Origin: an uncultured Candidatus Saccharibacteria bacterium
GTDB lineage: Bacteria; Patescibacteriota; Saccharimonadia; Saccharimonadales; Saccharimonadaceae
DNA: 64,000 nt
Direction: 5' to 3'
Assembly (NCBI GenBank): GCA_937989565.1
Contig: CALKRM010000028.1
Location: 717-64,716, forward strand
In this document: piece after piece, positions 28,214 through 37,336 of the stretch
Numbering within the stretch: position 1 is the first letter of the stretch
How the letters are laid out: the number at the start of each line of letters is the position of its first letter
The notes under the pieces: model-generated
The model's input: the letters and a program-made list of their open reading frames with translations, nothing else
Told to the model about the DNA's origin: nothing
Database searches by the model: none
Position numbers and translations under genes: made by a program

Positions 28214-28864
28214 TTATTTTTTACGCTTGGTTTTCGAGAGGAGAACCGACAATTGTTTTCTTAACAAAGCGCGAGTATTTGGTTGTTTCAAAGCATGAAT
28301 AACCATTGGTGAGACAGACAGGAAGATGATGAGGATTGCTGCAACTTCAATGTTTACGCCCGCTTTGGTCAAAAACTCGCCAGCATAGAAACCTAGATAA
28401 ACAAAGGCTGACGACCAAAGAAATCCACCGATAAGATTGAAAGTTAAGAACGTTTTATAGTGCATTTTACTAGCGCCGGCAACGATTGGGGCGAAAGTTC
28501 TTACAATTGGTACAAACCGAGCCAGGACGATTGTCGCTGAGCCGTGCTTGTCATAAAACTTTTCTGTTTGCTCCAAATATTTTTTCTTGAAGAATCGGGA
28601 ATTTTCTTTTTCAAACAACTTGCGTCCAACTTTATGGCCAAAACTATAGCCAACACTGTCGCCCAGCACTGCCGCCGCAAAAACCAAAAGCGCAAAAATG
28701 TGAATGTCAATGTGTAGAATGTTTTGCTGAACCATATATCCAGCAGTGAAAAGCAGACTGTCGCCAGGTAAGACGAAGCCGATTAGTAGGCCAGATTCTG
28801 CGAAAACTACTAATAAAATTGCCAATACGCCAAAGCTAGTTATCAAGTGAATAAAAGATTCCAT
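28214..28864 (-). CDS. dedA: DedA/VTT-domain membrane protein
   Basis: 216 aa. LPGDSLLF.AG, G.S.GY..G, ARF.P.VRTFAP..AG pattern. Confidence 0.88.
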   Translation of the reverse strand: MESFIHLITSFGVLAILLVVFAESGLLIGFVLPGDSLLFTAGYMVQQNILHIDIHIFALLVFAAAVLGDSVGYSFGHKVGRKLFEKENSRFFKKKYLEQTEKFYDKHGSATIVLARFVPIVRTFAPIVAGASKMHYKTFLTFNLIGGFLWSSAFVYLGFYAGEFLTKAGVNIEVAAILIIFLSVSPMVIHALKQPNTRALLRKQLSVLLSKTKRKK

Positions 28865-28901
28865 ATATTAATTATAACATAATTAGCGTATGCAGATTGA
28901 G

Positions 28902-30716
28902 CTATTCTTCAATAAATCCGCCAGATTGCCGCGCCCATAATTTCGCGTAAACACCGCGTTTTTTATTGATGAGTTCGTCGTGTGACCCGTCCTCGACAAT
29001 TTTTCCATCCTTCAGGACAATTATACGGTCCAACTTAGCAATTGTAGATAAGCGATGGGCAATGACAATTGAGGTTCGATTCTTCATCAACGTTTCCAGA
29101 GATTTTTGGATCAACGCTTCTGACTCAGAATCTAGCGCTGAAGTCGCCTCGTCGAGGACTAGAATTGGCGCATCTTTCAGGATTGCCCTAGCAATTGCAA
29201 CTCGTTGTCGCTGTCCGCCAGATAATTTAATTCCGCGCTCGCCAACCATTGTGTCAAAACCGTCTTTAAGTCCAACGATAAAATCGTAAGCGCCAGCTTT
29301 TTTGGCGGCTTCTTCAATTTCTGCGTCTGTTGCATCGGGTCGACCGTAAGCGATGTTTTCGCGTACGGAGCGGTGGAATAGCAATGGCTCTTGCGGTACG
29401 TAAGCGATTTTTGCGCGCAGGCTTGCTTGAGTGACTTCGGAAATATCTTGTCCGTCGATGGTGATTTTTCCCGAGTCAATATCAGCGAAGCGTAATAGCA
29501 ATTTAGTGAGCGTCGTTTTTCCAGAACCGCTCGCTCCGACTAAACCTATTTTTTCACCCGGTTTAATCTCCAGAGAAAAGTCGTGGAATAGAGTGTCGCC
29601 TTGACCTTCGTCGTGCGTGAAAGTTATTTTATCCATAGAAATTTCGCCGTTTGTAACTTTTAGTTTTGAATCGCTTTTATCAATCAATGTTGTTGGTGTT
29701 TGTAAGATTTCTACCATGTCATTTGCGTTGCCGATAATTCGGTTGTAATTGCGCATAATTCCGTTCATGTTCCACAACTCACGAGTGACGCTACTGGTAT
29801 ATGTAATAATAAGATAAACCGCCGCTACTGATATTAAATTATTTTGAGCTGCATATACTGCGAAAGCGGCTGCACTAACTTTCATAGTCATACTAATAGA
29901 GGAATATACAGTGCTAATCTTCAGGAATCCACGCATTACGTCGAGGCTCGAGTTTCGCCAAGAACTGACGGTTTTTGTGAAAAATTTCTGTTCTGTAGAT
30001 TCGGCACCAGACGACTTGACCGCTAGAATGTTTGAGATTACGTCGGCTAATTGTCCGTTCAATTTATTGCTGGCTTTGGCTTCTTTTTTTGTCAATTTCG
30101 CCATTGGCTTGGATCCGTAATAAACAACGAGGCTGAAAACGATTGAGAAAATAAGCAAGAATAATGCGTATTGCCAAAGAAGGGTTGACAGGACAATTAT
30201 TGAACCTACTAGTGAAATAATTAGTGGCAAGATTGACCAAATTATCGTGTCCCAAAAACTTTCTACCGCGCCAACTAATTTATTTGTTTGACTAACGAGC
30301 GACCCGCCGAATTTATTTGAGTGAAAGAATAGTGTTTGGTTGGTCAGTTTGCTAAAGCATCGAGCGTACAAATCTCGTTGCATGGCGGTTTCAAATGTCC
30401 ATACTATATATGTAATTAACCTATTGCCAATAACAGACGTCCATAATTCACTGGCGCCGTATAGGGCGATTAATGTCCATAGGTTTTTTGCGTCGTGTAG
30501 CTGATTGTGCTGAATAATACTAAGAAGCTGGGCAATTATAAGGGGTCCTGCAAAAAGATTCATTGCTACTGTGAGTATTGCAAAAAATATTGCCAAGTTT
30601 CGGCGATGTTTGTACGGCTCTGACGTCTTCCAGAATAGACGAAATATTTCTTTGCTGTTCGGTTTACTTTTCAAATCAATTCCTTTCAATAATAAATTAA
30701 TATTTATAAGCTGCAC
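28902..30716 (-). CDS. ABC exporter, fused permease/ATPase (MsbA/type I exporter family)
   Basis: 604 aa. 6 TM, then Walker A GASGSGKTT, signature LSGGQRQR, Walker B ILVLDEATSALD, H-loop AHRL. Confidence 0.9.
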   Translation of the reverse strand: MQLININLLLKGIDLKSKPNSKEIFRLFWKTSEPYKHRRNLAIFFAILTVAMNLFAGPLIIAQLLSIIQHNQLHDAKNLWTLIALYGASELWTSVIGNRLITYIVWTFETAMQRDLYARCFSKLTNQTLFFHSNKFGGSLVSQTNKLVGAVESFWDTIIWSILPLIISLVGSIIVLSTLLWQYALFLLIFSIVFSLVVYYGSKPMAKLTKKEAKASNKLNGQLADVISNILAVKSSGAESTEQKFFTKTVSSWRNSSLDVMRGFLKISTVYSSISMTMKVSAAAFAVYAAQNNLISVAAVYLIITYTSSVTRELWNMNGIMRNYNRIIGNANDMVEILQTPTTLIDKSDSKLKVTNGEISMDKITFTHDEGQGDTLFHDFSLEIKPGEKIGLVGASGSGKTTLTKLLLRFADIDSGKITIDGQDISEVTQASLRAKIAYVPQEPLLFHRSVRENIAYGRPDATDAEIEEAAKKAGAYDFIVGLKDGFDTMVGERGIKLSGGQRQRVAIARAILKDAPILVLDEATSALDSESEALIQKSLETLMKNRTSIVIAHRLSTIAKLDRIIVLKDGKIVEDGSHDELINKKRGVYAKLWARQSGGFIEE

Positions 30717-30847
30717 AGAAAACTGAGCGTTCTTAATTATTCAAAATTATATATTAGAGGAACTCGTCGTCGGGAGTTCATAGACTTTGGTTATTATAGG
30801 GAATATATAGATATAAGTCAATTTGTGGAGCAAAAGCCTTGTTTATT

Positions 30848-30868
30848 TATTGTAAATACTTTACAATA
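30848..30868. promoter_or_regulatory. perfect 9-3-9 palindrome TATTGTAAAtacTTTACAATA overlapping the -10 of the Fur-family gene; candidate autoregulatory operator
   Basis: Inverted repeat read directly from the sequence. TACAAT (30862-30867) sits 6 nt before ATG 30874. Confidence 0.55.
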
Positions 30869-30873
30869 GGAAC

Positions 30874-31266
30874 ATGACGCAAATTGTTAGGCGATCAACA
30901 AAATACACGAATGACGTGATGGCGATTTTAAAGAGTAAGTATCATGCGACGAATGCGGAGATTGCTCAGGAATTGCGGAACATTCATCCTGAAGTCAGCG
31001 ACACGACGGTGCATCGAATAACTCAGCGCCTATGTGGTGACGGGGTGATTGGTTTGGCGCCATCGACCAAAAAGGGCTGCTTGCGATATGATATTCGTAA
31101 GGACGATCACGATCATTTTGTGTGTAGCGACTGCGATGGCTTGATGGATATTAAAATTGCCGATGAAATGAGAAAGCAGATTGCGCATAAAATTAGCGAT
31201 TGCTATATTGACGGTCCGTTGGTTGTGACGGGAGTTTGTAAAAAATGCCAGAAAAGGAGGAAATAA
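30874..31266 (+). CDS. Fur-family metalloregulator (PerR/Zur-like)
   Basis: 130 aa. Winged-helix N-domain (SDTTVHRITQRL), HDHFVCSDCDG and VTGVCKKCQ Cys pairs. Confidence 0.82.
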   Translation: MTQIVRRSTKYTNDVMAILKSKYHATNAEIAQELRNIHPEVSDTTVHRITQRLCGDGVIGLAPSTKKGCLRYDIRKDDHDHFVCSDCDGLMDIKIADEMRKQIAHKISDCYIDGPLVVTGVCKKCQKRRK

Positions 31267-31595
31267 TGGCTTTATATGAAATTACAACAAAGCAAGAATT
31301 CGAAGATAAGGTGCTAAAAAGTGACGGTCCTGTACTAGTTGATTTTTGGGCGCCGTGGTGTCCACCATGTCGTGCAATGGCGCCGCTTTTGCATCAAATT
31401 GCTGAAGAAACAGAGTTTGATATTGTTAAGGTTGACACTGAAGCGAGTCAGGAAAATGCGCAATTGGCTATGGAATATCGCGTGCAGGGAATTCCAAACA
31501 TGAAGATTTTTGTTGGCGGCGAGGAAGTTGCTGAAATGATTGGCATGAAGCCAAAGCAGACGTTGATTGACGCTTTGGAAAAAGCTGCGAAATAA
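31266..31595 (+). CDS. trxA: thioredoxin (active site WCPPC)
   Basis: 109 aa from ATG 31266 (TAATG overlap with the fur-family stop; AGGAGG SD inside the fur 3' end). VDFWAPWCPPCR, GIPNMKIF. Confidence 0.9.
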   Translation: MALYEITTKQEFEDKVLKSDGPVLVDFWAPWCPPCRAMAPLLHQIAEETEFDIVKVDTEASQENAQLAMEYRVQGIPNMKIFVGGEEVAEMIGMKPKQTLIDALEKAAK

Positions 31596-31613
31596 AAAAT
31601 AGAAGGGGGATTT

Positions 31614-32009
31614 ATGAAGGGTTTTAGTGGAAATATCGAAGAGCTTACATTGGCAAATAATAATTTTCGTCAAGTTCTATATACTGCGAAGCATTGTCAA
31701 TTGGTATTGATGAGTTTGCCTGTTGGCGGGGAAATTGGTTCGGAGATTCACGAGGAAAATGATCAGTTTTTCAGATTTGAGTCTGGCGAAGGTAAGGTTT
31801 TGATTGATGGCAATGAATATGTTGTTTCCGACGGTAGTGCGATTATTGTGCCGGCGGGCGCTGAGCATAATGTGATAAATACTGGCGAAGAGCCGCTTAA
31901 GCTTTATACTATTTATAGTCCAGCACATCATAAAGATGGAATCGTTCGGGCAACGCGTGAAGAAGCGGAGGCTAACGAAGAAGATTTTGACGGCGTAACT
32001 ACGGAATAA
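31614..32009 (+). CDS. cupin-domain protein
   Basis: 131 aa. G.EIGSEIHEENDQFF and VPAGAEHNVINTG cupin motifs; SD aaggggg. Confidence 0.8.
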   Translation: MKGFSGNIEELTLANNNFRQVLYTAKHCQLVLMSLPVGGEIGSEIHEENDQFFRFESGEGKVLIDGNEYVVSDGSAIIVPAGAEHNVINTGEEPLKLYTIYSPAHHKDGIVRATREEAEANEEDFDGVTTE

Positions 32010-32041
32010 ACTGTCGACAAAGGAGAAAGTTTCTACTAATT

Positions 32042-32500
32042 ATGTCTCGCAAAGGATCGATAGTTGGCGAGGTGTTTAGCTCATTCGGGCGGGCGATTTT
32101 TCGTGGAATTGCGTGTGTCGTATCGCTAATTTTTAGGATTGCACCGAAGAAGGACCGCGTGCGGGTAATTGTTTATCGTGATGATGGTAAGATTTTATTA
32201 GTTAGAAGTCACTTTAGCCGCCAAAAGTGGGCTCTACCGGGAGGCGGGGTGAAGCATAATGAGAGTTATGAACAGGCTGCCGTTAGAGAAACCTTGGAAG
32301 AAATTGGATTAAAGATACATAATCTGCGATATCTCGGAAAAGCTAATTCTTATGAATCGTATGCCAAATTTTCAGTTCGAGTTTTTGTGGCGCACGCGTC
32401 TGATTACGACATAAAATGCAACTTTGAAATAATGGAAGCCCGGTGGCTTAATATGAATTATCTTCCTGAAGAATACACTTTACTAACTAACGCTTTATGA
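32042..32500 (+). CDS. NUDIX hydrolase
   Basis: 152 aa. Nudix box GGGVKHNESYEQAAVRETLEEIGL. Confidence 0.85.
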   Translation: MSRKGSIVGEVFSSFGRAIFRGIACVVSLIFRIAPKKDRVRVIVYRDDGKILLVRSHFSRQKWALPGGGVKHNESYEQAAVRETLEEIGLKIHNLRYLGKANSYESYAKFSVRVFVAHASDYDIKCNFEIMEARWLNMNYLPEEYTLLTNAL

Positions 32501-32610
32501 CATAATTGTAATATGGAGAATATATTTGATATTATTGAGAAAAGTAACAATTAATTTACTTTATCAGTGTTGATAATATAGTAAAATTGATTAACATAAG
32601 AAGGTGTTTT

Positions 32611-32979
32611 ATGAAGTATGAAGATATTAGATTAAATGTTTCAAATGATACTATTAGTGATTATAAAGTATTCAAAGGAATAAAATTATATTCTGAAATG
32701 TTTAAAGCAGAAGATGGAGAAAAACTCATTAATAAAAGAGTGTTTGTAACTCCAAAAAGAAATTATGTATATTATGAAAGGGCAGATATAAATTGGAATT
32801 ATTGGTCAGATAAAACAAAATATGACTCGAGTTTTGATTTAAGTGATAAAAATCATAATATAATATTTGAAGTAACATCTGAATTGGATGATTTCTCAAA
32901 ATACTTAGATGAAGAAGTAATCAAAAAAATTATAATGAAAGAAAAAAGAGAAGAGATAGTAGAAGTACTAGATATTTGA
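32611..32979 (+). CDS. EXLDI-family protein (uncharacterised), inside a very AT-rich insertion
   Basis: 122 aa from ATG 32611 (SD aaggtg). Ends ...EEIVEVLDI, matching the C-terminal E-x-L-D-I signature and about-130-aa size of the TIGRFAM 'EXLDI protein' family as I recall it. Local GC looks near 25%. Confidence 0.5.
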   Translation: MKYEDIRLNVSNDTISDYKVFKGIKLYSEMFKAEDGEKLINKRVFVTPKRNYVYYERADINWNYWSDKTKYDSSFDLSDKNHNIIFEVTSELDDFSKYLDEEVIKKIIMKEKREEIVEVLDI

Positions 32980-33006
32980 GACTGTGTAAAATTCTGTGTA
33001 TAGAAA

Positions 33007-33050
33007 CCTCCTGATTATGGTTAAGAAAAACTAATCAGGAGGAATTTTTA
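33007..33050 (+). terminator. rho-independent terminator after the EXLDI gene
   Basis: 11-bp stem cctcctgatta / taatcaggagg followed by aattttta. Confidence 0.75.
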
Positions 33051-33151
33051 TGCCATAAGAAAGCGATCAGAAATAAAATCTCTAAGATGTTAATTGAAGA
33101 ATATGAAAATGCATTAGTTTTAAATAAAATGTTAAAAGAATTTAGAAATAA

Positions 33152-33481
33152 TTGAGAATAAACATATGCCCATATACGAGGCTTGTGGATTTGCCGCCAC
33201 GTCTGGACTTTGCTAGAAAATGGCATCCGCGTTTGTTGGCTCAAATGCCGAATGTGCGATTGATTATATTGGTCGGGTCTTATGCTCAGAAATACTATTT
33301 GAACCATCGCGTTGAACGTACCTTAACGGCAACTGTATCTAATTTCGACGCATATTTACCAGATTATTTTCCGTTGGTTCATCCATCGCCGCTTAACATT
33401 GGCTGGCGTAAGCGTAATCCATGGTTTGAAATAGATGTTGTGCCGGTTTTGCAGTCTATAGTTAGGGAATCGTTGTTGTGA
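33152..33481 (+). pseudogene. 5'-truncated uracil-DNA glycosylase superfamily gene (C-terminal half only)
   Basis: Retains ...DLPPRLDFARKWHPRLLAQMPNVRLIILVGSYAQKYYL...PLVHPSPLNIGWRKRNPWFE (HPSP.N motif B). The N-terminal half with motif A is missing. The AT-rich segment abuts at about 33165. Confidence 0.6.
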
Positions 33482-33511
33482 CGCGACTCCGCTTTTATGT
33501 ATAATATGAGT

Positions 33512-34234
33512 ATGAATGATCGACAAATTTCCCAACTTGAAATAGTAAAGGCTAAAGTTCGGCAGTTACTGGGCGGCGATACTTCGGGGCATGCTGACGA
33601 TCATGTCGAGCGAGTGGCGTTGCTGGCAGAGCGTTTTGCTAACGAATGTAGCGAATCGGTGAACCTGCAAGAAGTGCTGTTGACGGCTTGGCTGCATGAT
33701 GTTGATGATTATAAATTAGTCGGTAAAACGCAGGCGGAAAAATTGACGAACGCGGTAAATATTATGGCGCAGGCAGAAATAGCTGATGATTTAAGTCAGG
33801 TTGTGCTGGAAAATATTGCGGCGATTGGTTATAGCAAACGGCTGAACGGCAAGCAGCCGCAGCGGCTGGCGGGGAAATTGGCGTCTGACGCTGATATGTG
33901 TGATGCTATTGGTGCGGTCGGCATTGAGCGGGCGTTGACTTATGCTTGTCATCACGGCGGTCGGATTTTTGATCCTAAAGTCTGGCCGAATGTCAATCTG
34001 GCGGCGCACGAATATAACGCTGATGGCAATACGCATGATACCGACGGATTCATTAATCACTTCTTTGAGAAACTGCTGAAATTGAAAGGTTTGATGTTGA
34101 CTGAGCCGGGGCGAATAGAAGCGGAGAATCGTCATCAAATTATGGTTGATTTTCTTCGCGCTTACTTCCGCGAGAAGAATGTATCTGACTGGAGTGAGTT
34201 TTTGGAGGAATATTTACGTAGTATCGATGTCTAG
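33512..34234 (+). CDS. HD-domain phosphohydrolase (YpgQ/YedJ-like)
   Basis: 240 aa from ATG 33512 (track ATG 33497 overlaps the TATAAT box at 33500-33505). GHADDHVERV, WLHDVDD, SDADMCDAIG. Confidence 0.85.
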   Translation: MNDRQISQLEIVKAKVRQLLGGDTSGHADDHVERVALLAERFANECSESVNLQEVLLTAWLHDVDDYKLVGKTQAEKLTNAVNIMAQAEIADDLSQVVLENIAAIGYSKRLNGKQPQRLAGKLASDADMCDAIGAVGIERALTYACHHGGRIFDPKVWPNVNLAAHEYNADGNTHDTDGFINHFFEKLLKLKGLMLTEPGRIEAENRHQIMVDFLRAYFREKNVSDWSEFLEEYLRSIDV

Positions 34235-34273
34235 GATAGACTAAACTTAGTATATTAGATATTATAGTCTAGT

Positions 34274-35293
34274 ATGGAAAAGATTTTGAAGATACTTAAT
34301 GCTCGTTTTTGTAAGTTAACTAAAAATAGTGCTATCGAGAAGCGCACGCACCGATATTCTCAAAAATCGCTAAGACGAGGCAATAAAGCCGAAGGTGATA
34401 AATATCAAAGACTATTTGTAAAGAAATCATTACAATATTTACCGCATCATCTATTATTGGCGGTTTCTCATAAAATGCGATTGCGATGGGCTGAAAAAAT
34501 ATTAGACAAATTTGCCAGAAAATACATAATCAAGCCAAAATCAATACGCCAGTTTAAAGAGTCTGAAATAAAAGAATATCAAAAACTGACGAAAGGTACT
34601 CAGTTTTGGCATGGTACCGGCCGCTGGCAGCATGGTGAGCACGGTATAACTGATGTCCTGAAAAGTTTTTGTGATGCTGCCGGACTTAAGCCAGTACGTG
34701 ATGTGTATGCAGTTTTTGGCGGGAGCAATCAACGTGTTGTGTATTCGGTTTCACTGTGTCGGAGCAGAATGATCGCGCGATCGTATGCTGATATGCATAG
34801 GCTTGGGTGGAAAGAAGAAAATCGTTACGGTGATGCGCTTACGTGGGTGTCGTATTATTATAGTATGTTTTATGCTCGTCTATTTATAACTAGCGGTTTT
34901 AAAATGATGCGTCGCTGGAAAGCATGGCGAGCATTATCTAACGATAATAATGGTGATAATACTTGGGGCAAAAAAGTAAATATCCAAGCGCGAAATGTAT
35001 GGGACGTTTTTTGCTTAGGTAGTGACATATCTGGAAATTATCCGATATTAATTGGTGTGAAAAATATTGATTCACAGATAAAACTAGATAAGCCAATGTG
35101 TCAATACGAAGTTCGTGCTAGTAAACTGATAAATATTGTAAATATTTCACATGTGGAAGTACCGTATGACAAGCAAGATGAAGTGCGAAAGTTATTACAT
35201 GAACACGACGTTAAATTGCCAGTAACGAGTATAGAATTAGGCGAATATGTTAGCTCAAAAGAGCGTTTTATTGACCTGATCAGCGCTTTGTAG
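34274..35293 (+). CDS. hypothetical protein, basic N-terminus, no assignable family
   Basis: 339 aa. Contains FWHGTGRW (H113), DVYAVFGG (Y145), VVYSVSL (Y157), CQYEVRA (E279); see findings. Confidence 0.55.
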   Translation: MEKILKILNARFCKLTKNSAIEKRTHRYSQKSLRRGNKAEGDKYQRLFVKKSLQYLPHHLLLAVSHKMRLRWAEKILDKFARKYIIKPKSIRQFKESEIKEYQKLTKGTQFWHGTGRWQHGEHGITDVLKSFCDAAGLKPVRDVYAVFGGSNQRVVYSVSLCRSRMIARSYADMHRLGWKEENRYGDALTWVSYYYSMFYARLFITSGFKMMRRWKAWRALSNDNNGDNTWGKKVNIQARNVWDVFCLGSDISGNYPILIGVKNIDSQIKLDKPMCQYEVRASKLINIVNISHVEVPYDKQDEVRKLLHEHDVKLPVTSIELGEYVSSKERFIDLISAL

Positions 35294-35305
35294 TTATATG
35301 AAATT

Positions 35306-35653
35306 ATGACAAAGTATAAAATTGAACGGATTTATGTGTCGACTGCATTAGACGGTAGCTATCGTGTGCTGGTTGATCGATTGTGGCCGCGCGGAATTAG
35401 CAAAGAACGAGCTGCATTGGACGAGTGGAATAAAGAAATTGCCCCGACCGATGAATTACGCAAATGGTTTAATCACGATCCAGAAAAATTCCCGGAATTT
35501 TCTCGCCGCTATGTGAAGGAGCTGGATAATAATCCTGCGGCAGCCGAGGCGAAGAATAATTGGGGTAAACAATCTACAGTTACGCTGTTATATGGCGCCA
35601 AAGATACGGAACATAATCAGGCAGTAGTTCTCAAAAAGTGGCTAGAAGATTAG
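35306..35653 (+). CDS. yeaO: DUF488 family protein (YeaO-like)
   Basis: 115 aa. YRVLVDRLWPRGISKERAALDEWNKEIAPTDELRKWF closely parallels E. coli YeaO as recalled, and the length is the same. Confidence 0.85.
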   Translation: MTKYKIERIYVSTALDGSYRVLVDRLWPRGISKERAALDEWNKEIAPTDELRKWFNHDPEKFPEFSRRYVKELDNNPAAAEAKNNWGKQSTVTLLYGAKDTEHNQAVVLKKWLED

Positions 35654-35708
35654 TCAATCGCCAGAAGAATGCTTGCATAATTGGCGTATTTAGATTGTAA
35701 TATATTTA

Positions 35709-37286
35709 ATGAATCAAGCATTGCAAGCCAAGCTAAAAACTTTGCCGCGAACGCCCGGTGTTTATTTTCATAAGTCGGCGAGCGGCGAGGTAATTTATGT
35801 TGGCAAGGCGGCGGTTCTTAAAAATCGCGTACGTCAGTATTTTCAAGATTCGCGCGGGCGAGACAATAAAACTATGGCGCTGGTGGCAGAGATTTTTGAT
35901 ACTGATTGGATTGAAACTGAGAGCGAGGTTGATGCGCTGTTTTTGGAAAGCGAGATGATCAAGCGTTATATGCCGCGATATAACGTTCTGTTACGCGATG
36001 ACAAATCTCAGATGTATGTTCGGATTGATATGAAAAGCGATTGGCCGACGGTCAGTTTTACGCGAAATCCTGCCGATGATGGCGCGGATTATTTTGGTCC
36101 ATTCTATAATGGTTTTGCGCTGAAAAAAGCGTTGCGTTATTTGAGGCGAATTTTTCCATATCTCACTCATCAAAGACGGCCTGGGCAATCAAAGTTGGAT
36201 GAGGATTTGGGTCTAAGTCCGAAAATAAGTGATGGTTCGGACGCGTATAAAGCTAGTTTGCGTAAATTGATAAGTTATATCAAGGGAAATCGCAAGGCTA
36301 TTGCTGTGGAGTTGGAGCGTGATATGAAAACGGCTGCGGGGCTTCACGATTTTGAGCGGGCGGCGAGTATGAGGAATAAGTTGCGCGCCATGCAAGAGCT
36401 TCAGCGACGCGTTATGTTTGGTGATAAGGAATTTTTGGATATTTCAAAAGACAAGGCGCTAGCTGATTTAGCAAAGCTGCTTGGCTTGAAGAATATTCCA
36501 GTGCGAATTGAGGGTTATGATATTTCGCATATGAGCGGACGCCAAGTCGTGGCGAGTATGGTAGTCTTTACGAATGGTGCGAGCGATCGTGCGGAATATC
36601 GCAAATTTAAGGTGGGTGAAAAAAACGACGACACTGGAAATATGTACGAGGTGATTTTTAGGCGACTTGGCGAGCGAAATGTCAAAAGTTGGGGTCGTCC
36701 GGATTTGTTGTTGATTGACGGCGGAAAAGGTCAACTCTCGGCGGCGATTAAGGCGAGGGATGAGCGCGGAATAAAATTGCCGATTATTAGCATCGCTAAG
36801 CGCGAGGAAGAAATTATTATTCATAAAACTGGCTCGCAAATTGACGTAACGCGTATTGAAGAGTTGCAAAAATCTATTTATCAGGATGTCGCTATTCACG
36901 AAGATAATGATGTGTATGTAGTGAATTTGCATCCTGCTCAGCGCAACGCAGGCTCGCATTCAAAGAATCTACGAGGCTCTGCTATTGATGATGATTCCAG
37001 TCGGGACAATTTTACAAAAAGTTCTATTGCGACGACGGACATTGTTAAGCTTTTCCAGCGGATTCGTGACGAGTCGCACCGATTTGCTGTGAGCTATCAT
37101 ACGGCGTTGAAGCGCCAAAATCAGACGAAAAATCAGCTGGAAGAAATTCCGGGAATTGGCCCAAAGACACGCGCGAAATTGTTGAGGAAGTTTGGTAGTG
37201 TGAAAAAAATTATTGAGGCAGATTATGCGGAATTACAGGCGGAAGTTGGCACGAAAAAGGCAGATTTGATTAAACGCTTGTCTTAA
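35709..37286 (+). CDS. uvrC: excinuclease ABC subunit C (short form)
   Basis: 525 aa. GIY-YIG (GVYFHKSASGEVIYVGKA), UVR domain (FERAASMRNKLRAM), RNase-H-like endonuclease domain, C-terminal HhH (IPGIGPKTRAKLL). Confidence 0.93.
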   Translation: MNQALQAKLKTLPRTPGVYFHKSASGEVIYVGKAAVLKNRVRQYFQDSRGRDNKTMALVAEIFDTDWIETESEVDALFLESEMIKRYMPRYNVLLRDDKSQMYVRIDMKSDWPTVSFTRNPADDGADYFGPFYNGFALKKALRYLRRIFPYLTHQRRPGQSKLDEDLGLSPKISDGSDAYKASLRKLISYIKGNRKAIAVELERDMKTAAGLHDFERAASMRNKLRAMQELQRRVMFGDKEFLDISKDKALADLAKLLGLKNIPVRIEGYDISHMSGRQVVASMVVFTNGASDRAEYRKFKVGEKNDDTGNMYEVIFRRLGERNVKSWGRPDLLLIDGGKGQLSAAIKARDERGIKLPIISIAKREEEIIIHKTGSQIDVTRIEELQKSIYQDVAIHEDNDVYVVNLHPAQRNAGSHSKNLRGSAIDDDSSRDNFTKSSIATTDIVKLFQRIRDESHRFAVSYHTALKRQNQTKNQLEEIPGIGPKTRAKLLRKFGSVKKIIEADYAELQAEVGTKKADLIKRLS

Positions 37287-37336
37287 GTTTGGGCGACCAA
37301 TCGACAATAAAGCATAAATTATATATAATAAGACTA

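Noticed and set aside
33087-33155. 22-codon ORF MLIEEYENALVLNKMLKEFRNN in the AT-rich segment
   Set aside because: It is too short, has no SD and no recognisable similarity. It could be a remnant of cargo, but I cannot support that.
33035-33307. 90-aa minus-strand ORF across the AT-rich/UDG-remnant boundary
   Set aside because: It is antisense to the UDG-family remnant, has no motif, and spans a compositional breakpoint.
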